Shown in pieces: positions 60,122 to 64,000 of a stretch of 64,000 nucleotides of DNA. Each line of letters starts with the position of its first letter. Positions within the stretch are counted from its first letter, which is position 1. The stretch comes from Candidatus Bathyarchaeota archaeon (lineage in GTDB: Archaea > Thermoproteota > Bathyarchaeia > Bathyarchaeales > Bathycorpusculaceae): assembly GCA_963733095.1 (NCBI GenBank), contig CAVTBV010000012.1:160001-224000 (forward strand). Direction: 5' to 3'. The notes beneath the pieces were generated by a model. That model searched no databases, was not told the DNA's origin, and was given only the letters and a program-made list of their open reading frames with translations. Position numbers and translations under genes: made by a program.

Positions 60122-60532
60122 TTATCTGTAGCTTTTCTGTTCTTTGGACCGTGCGCCTGCTCCGCCGACTTTCTTTGTTTCTTTGGTTCTGCTGTCTCCG
60201 GCAACCATTGTGCGGTCATATTCGTTAAAGACGGTGCGTAGGTGGGTACTTTTTGTCCATTTTAGGAGTGCGTTTGATATTGCCATGCGTGCTGCTTCTG
60301 CTTGTCCCATGTAGCCTCCGCCGCTGGTTTTAACGTCCATGTCGAGTTGTTGCCAGACGTCGACGCCTGCCTGCAGGAGGGGTTCCATGATCTTTGCTTT
60401 TGCGATGTCGGGTTCGTAAATTTCAACTGGAGTTAGATTTATTCGTACTCTTCCAACGCCCTGTTTAACGATGGCGCGGGCGACTGCGGTTTTTCGTTTT
60501 CCACTTACAACTAAGACTTTTTTTGCGGGCAT
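60122..60532 (-). CDS. rps9: 30S ribosomal protein S9
   Basis: [24 protein letters not shown]. Confidence 0.97.
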   Translation of the reverse strand: MPAKKVLVVSGKRKTAVARAIVKQGVGRVRINLTPVEIYEPDIAKAKIMEPLLQAGVDVWQQLDMDVKTSGGGYMGQAEAARMAISNALLKWTKSTHLRTVFNEYDRTMVAGDSRTKETKKVGGAGARSKEQKSYR

Positions 60533-60534
60533 AA

Positions 60535-60993
60535 TTATTCCATCCTGTTGAACCATCCGATTTCGGATGCCAATTCACCGAGGGTAAAGTGCGGCCCTTT
60601 GAGGTTTGCTGAATTGGCTTCTTCGAAGGTTATCATTTTTTGGTTTTTATATTCAATTGGTACGCCCATGAATACTTTGAGGCGTTTGTAGGCGTTTTTG
60701 CCTTTGGGCTGTTTATAGGGGACCATGCCGCGTACGGTTTTTCGTAGGAAACGGTCTGGTCGGCGGTAATGGAAGGGACCGCGCATTGGGGCGCCTACTT
60801 CGAGGAATTTGTGGGCTTCTGCTACTTTGCTTTTCTTTTTGCCTGAGAATATGGCTTTTTCTGCGTTTAGGATGATTACTTCTTCGCCGTTTAGTAGTCG
60901 TTTGGCGACTTTGCTGCACATGCGGCCTACGATTAAGCCTTCGGCGTTTACGAAGGTTATTGGGGATTGGGTTGTTGTTTCCATTTTGCTCAC
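60535..60993 (-). CDS. rpl13: 50S ribosomal protein L13
   Basis: GR..S.VAK.LL.G, NAEKA, GPF..R.P....R.TVRGM. Confidence 0.97.
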   Translation of the reverse strand: MSKMETTTQSPITFVNAEGLIVGRMCSKVAKRLLNGEEVIILNAEKAIFSGKKKSKVAEAHKFLEVGAPMRGPFHYRRPDRFLRKTVRGMVPYKQPKGKNAYKRLKVFMGVPIEYKNQKMITFEEANSANLKGPHFTLGELASEIGWFNRME

Positions 60994-61352
60994 CGGATGA
61001 TTTTTACGTTTGAGCCTTTGGGGTTTTTGGCCATTAGCTCTGGGATTGTGATGTATTTTGCTTTGGCAGCTTCAAGCTTTGCCTTTGCTTTATCTGAAAC
61101 GTCGAATGACGCGACGGTTATAGTGTGGTCTATGCTGCCTGATGCTAAGAGTTTGCCTGGAACAATCACCACATCGGCTTTTTTAGTGTGTCTGTTGAGT
61201 TTGCTCAGGTTAACGGCTACGCGTTGGCTGCGTGGCTTTGCTAAGTGGTCGGCAATGTCTAGCCAGATGGCTGCTTGTTTTTCTCTGCTTTCTTTCTTTA
61301 GAAGCCCTATGAGCTCGATTAGTTGTGGGTTTGTGGTTTTGGTTTCTCTCAT
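60990..61352 (-). CDS. rpl18e: 50S ribosomal protein L18e
   Basis: TNP.L..LI, W..IA..L..PR..R..VN, VPGK.L..G. Confidence 0.96.
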   Translation of the reverse strand: MRETKTTNPQLIELIGLLKKESREKQAAIWLDIADHLAKPRSQRVAVNLSKLNRHTKKADVVIVPGKLLASGSIDHTITVASFDVSDKAKAKLEAAKAKYITIPELMAKNPKGSNVKIIR

Positions 61353-62164
61353 TGTTGTTCAGCCTTAATTTGTTCTTCAAACTCGTTTAGTTGTTTGCCT
61401 AACAGTTTAGTTGCCTCTCTTAGCACTCGTTCTGGAGGAAGCGCACCGGTAGACTCTACGTTCATTATGAAAGCGTTCTTTTCCCATTCAACCTTTAGTG
61501 GCGATGGTTTTTGTGGGCATACTTCTACGCAGTCCATGCAAAGGTTACAGGCTAAAAGGTCTCTTACATCGATTTTGTCGTCTTTTATGGTAAGGACTTT
61601 CTTTGGGCAGATATCTGCGCATTTTGAGCAGTCTTTGCATTTCTCGGTTGGAGTGGTGATTTTTGGGTAGTATTTGTATGCGCACATTGAGACTGGTTGC
61701 CATTTTGCGTGGGTTTTGCCTTTACCGAGCCTTGCGTAGGCTTCAAGTTTAAGTTTCTGGTTTTTTGCTAGTTTAACTATTGGGATTTTGTCTGAGACTG
61801 GAACTATTTCAGGATTTTCTGAGACTAATTCTCCCGAGTAGACTGTTCTTGTTCCGTCTCTTGCTTCAGCGTCTATGGTCAGGGTTACTCGGCAGGATGA
61901 ACAGCCGAATTCGCTTTTGCACTCGCATTCTTCAGGAGTGTTGTATGCGTCTAAATCGGTCTTTAGTGGTGTGAGTCCCAGTCTGTGGGCGATTATTTCG
62001 TCCTGCAGGATTGAAGAGTTTTCGATCATGACAACTTCTTCGATTGCCATGCAAGAAACCTCAGCAAGTGCTATACGTCGTAGAGCGTTCATTAAGGGCA
62101 CATCCGCTTCTCTTACCGCTATGCGGAGGTTGATATCATTTTTTTCAAGGACTTCTATTTTCAC
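61349..62164 (-). CDS. rpoD: RNA polymerase subunit Rpo3 (D) with ferredoxin-like insert
   Basis: NALRR, N.S...DE..AHRLGL.P, G.GK.HAKW.P; CKDCSKCADICP and CNLCMDCVEVCP. Confidence 0.97.
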   Translation of the reverse strand: MKIEVLEKNDINLRIAVREADVPLMNALRRIALAEVSCMAIEEVVMIENSSILQDEIIAHRLGLTPLKTDLDAYNTPEECECKSEFGCSSCRVTLTIDAEARDGTRTVYSGELVSENPEIVPVSDKIPIVKLAKNQKLKLEAYARLGKGKTHAKWQPVSMCAYKYYPKITTPTEKCKDCSKCADICPKKVLTIKDDKIDVRDLLACNLCMDCVEVCPQKPSPLKVEWEKNAFIMNVESTGALPPERVLREATKLLGKQLNEFEEQIKAEQQ

Positions 62165-62214
62165 TTGCTAAGACTCTCCAATAAGTTATTTTCAATAAAG
62201 GGGGATGCTGCAGA

Positions 62215-62622
62215 TTAAACTCTTCTGCCTCTTCTGCCACCAGGCCTTCTTGTTCCGTCATGGGGGATTGGTGTAACTTCTTCGATGCGTTCAATGCGGA
62301 AACCGAATCGGGCTAATGCTCGGATTGCTGCTTGAGCACCGGGTCCAGGTGTTCTTGGACCGGCGCCGCCTGGAGCTCGGACTTTAATGTGGACGGCTGT
62401 TATTCCTTTGTCACGTGCAATTTCGGCTGCGCCTGTGGATGCTCGCATGGCTGCGTAGGGTGAAGATTCCATGCGGTCGGCTTTGACGAACATTCCGCCT
62501 GTGGTGCGAGCGATGGTTTCTGCGCCTGAGATGTCAGTGATATGAATTAGGGTGTTGTTGTAGGAGCTGAAGATATGAACGATTGCCCATTTCTCATTTC
62601 GTTTGTTGTTGGGAGCGCTCAG
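62215..62622 (-). CDS. rps11: 30S ribosomal protein S11 (probable CTG start)
   Basis: Conserved [24 protein letters not shown] lies in frame upstream of the ORF-track Met; [28 protein letters not shown]. Confidence 0.95.
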   Translation of the reverse strand: MSAPNNKRNEKWAIVHIFSSYNNTLIHITDISGAETIARTTGGMFVKADRMESSPYAAMRASTGAAEIARDKGITAVHIKVRAPGGAGPRTPGPGAQAAIRALARFGFRIERIEEVTPIPHDGTRRPGGRRGRRV

Positions 62623-63209
62623 AATCTGCCGCCTCCTCGTCCGCCTCTGCGGCCTCTGCTTGGTGGCCTAACTTCTACTTGTTTAGCCACAACTGTTAAA
62701 CCAGCGCGTAATGCGTGTTCTTGGTTTGCTATTGCACTTTCGGGTGAGTAGATTATTTTTGCTTCAGCCTCTTTTGGCACTATATACCCAGGAATTGTTA
62801 CTCTGCGACCATCGATTGTTATGTGTCCATGTGTAATTAGTTGTCGTGATTGGTAGACGGTTCTTGCTAAGCCTTTACGGAAGACGATTGTTTGTAGTCT
62901 GCGTTCCAAGATATCTTCGATGGTTAAGTCTAACACGTTATCTAGTACTGCTGTATCCTGCAGGATACCCTTCTTTTTGAGTTGGGCGAGCAATTCGTTT
63001 TCCATCTTTGCGCGTTCTTCAGTGGATTTACTTATTAGTGAACGGGCGATACCTCTGCTTTTGGATAGAGTGGTTTTGTGTCGCCAGAGTTCATGCTTGT
63101 TTCTTAAGCCAAATTGCCCCAAGAGTTTAAGCTCTTCTTGGAGAACGTCTTTGCGCCATCGGAAACGTGGAGTATCAAATTTCTTACGCTGTTTCTTCGG
63201 ATCGCCCAT
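62619..63209 (-). CDS. rps4: 30S ribosomal protein S4
   Basis: [38 protein letters not shown]. Confidence 0.98.
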   Translation of the reverse strand: MGDPKKQRKKFDTPRFRWRKDVLQEELKLLGQFGLRNKHELWRHKTTLSKSRGIARSLISKSTEERAKMENELLAQLKKKGILQDTAVLDNVLDLTIEDILERRLQTIVFRKGLARTVYQSRQLITHGHITIDGRRVTIPGYIVPKEAEAKIIYSPESAIANQEHALRAGLTVVAKQVEVRPPSRGRRGGRGGGRF

Positions 63210-63211
63210 GC

Positions 63212-63700
63212 TTATTTGCCCCCTTCAGTTCCTCCACCTGGCTTCTGCATCATAGTCTTCTTCTTAACGCCCAATGCTTTGCCTGCTCTTCCAGTGGTTT
63301 TTGTTCTTTGGCCACGTACTTTCAAGCTGTAAGCATGGCGGTATCCACGCCAAGACCTGATTTCTTTGGCTCCATCAATGTCAGTTTTAGTTTTAAAAAT
63401 GAGGTCAGCACTCAAAATATGCTGGTCTTTTCCTGAGTCTGTATCTTTTCGGCGGTTAAACATCCAGCTCGGTATGCCATATTTTACTGGGTCCTTGATG
63501 ACATCTTCTATTTTTGAGATATCTGATTCTGTTATAAATCCCACACGCAGGTCAGGGTTTACGCCTGACTTTTGTAGGACCGCGTTTGCGAGGGCTGCGC
63601 TTACGCCTCTAACTTGCGAAACCGCGTAAATAGTCTTTAGGGTACCTTGAACATCTGTACCCATTATACGAAGTATATAGCGATATTCCTGCTGTGACAT
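63212..63700 (-). CDS. rps13: 30S ribosomal protein S13
   Basis: YILRI.GTD, P.W..NRRKD, SWRG.RH...[13 protein letters not shown]. Confidence 0.98.
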   Translation of the reverse strand: MSQQEYRYILRIMGTDVQGTLKTIYAVSQVRGVSAALANAVLQKSGVNPDLRVGFITESDISKIEDVIKDPVKYGIPSWMFNRRKDTDSGKDQHILSADLIFKTKTDIDGAKEIRSWRGYRHAYSLKVRGQRTKTTGRAGKALGVKKKTMMQKPGGGTEGGK

Positions 63701-64000
63701 GCTAAGTTTTCATCCGTTTTTTAACTTTAAAGCATATACGAAATATGACGGTATTTATTTAAACCTTCTCTTCTAAAAACGACCATCAATCGTAAACGAA
63801 AAATGCATGTTACTGAGCTATTACACTTAAAGGCGCTAACTCTTTCTTTAAATTATCAAAACTTTCTTGTATTCTATTGATTAACTCACTGTCTCTACTT
63901 ACGTCAAGACCAGCATATTTTGCTTTATTATATTCACCACTGTATGTAATGACATCTTCAATCGAGTGTCTTTTCTCGTATAATTGTTTGATTTTTAAGG

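Overview
Archaeal chromosomal window, most consistent with Bathyarchaeia. The basis is archaeal-type RpoD/RpoN, r-proteins S8e/L18e, thermosome, SRP19, Cgi121, the Aeropyrum-type modified mevalonate pathway and an expanded family of membrane-anchored PQQ-like beta-propeller proteins; the taxon is an inference. Core blocks: UbiD/AcnX and IPK-fni-GGPPS-gltX isoprenoid genes, SMC-ScpA-ScpB, a split archaeal glutamate synthase cluster, tRNA-Glu(CTC), thermosome and the S13-S4-S11-RpoD-L18e-L13-S9-RpoN operon. Accessory blocks: a stress/dormancy-like cluster at 0-11 kb (CBS-HPF hibernation-factor-like protein, Hsp20, enolase, GT4), a multi-PAS two-component system and a pilin/Roadblock cluster. The most striking unexplained signal is a ~92-nt structured non-coding element at 15522, 31435 and 36244. 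Each copy lies 64-69 nt downstream of one of three highly divergent ~850-aa surface beta-propeller genes. The copies are >90% identical, and their stem variants give G-U pairs only on the genes' sense strand. The three genes also share promoter motifs and a C-terminal anchor motif, and two of them flank a tandem Lrp pair. Other oddities: rps11 needs a non-canonical (CTG) start, tRNA-Glu has C at the normally invariant U55, one propeller gene has an amber codon in its signal peptide, and the pilin gene is multiply frameshifted.
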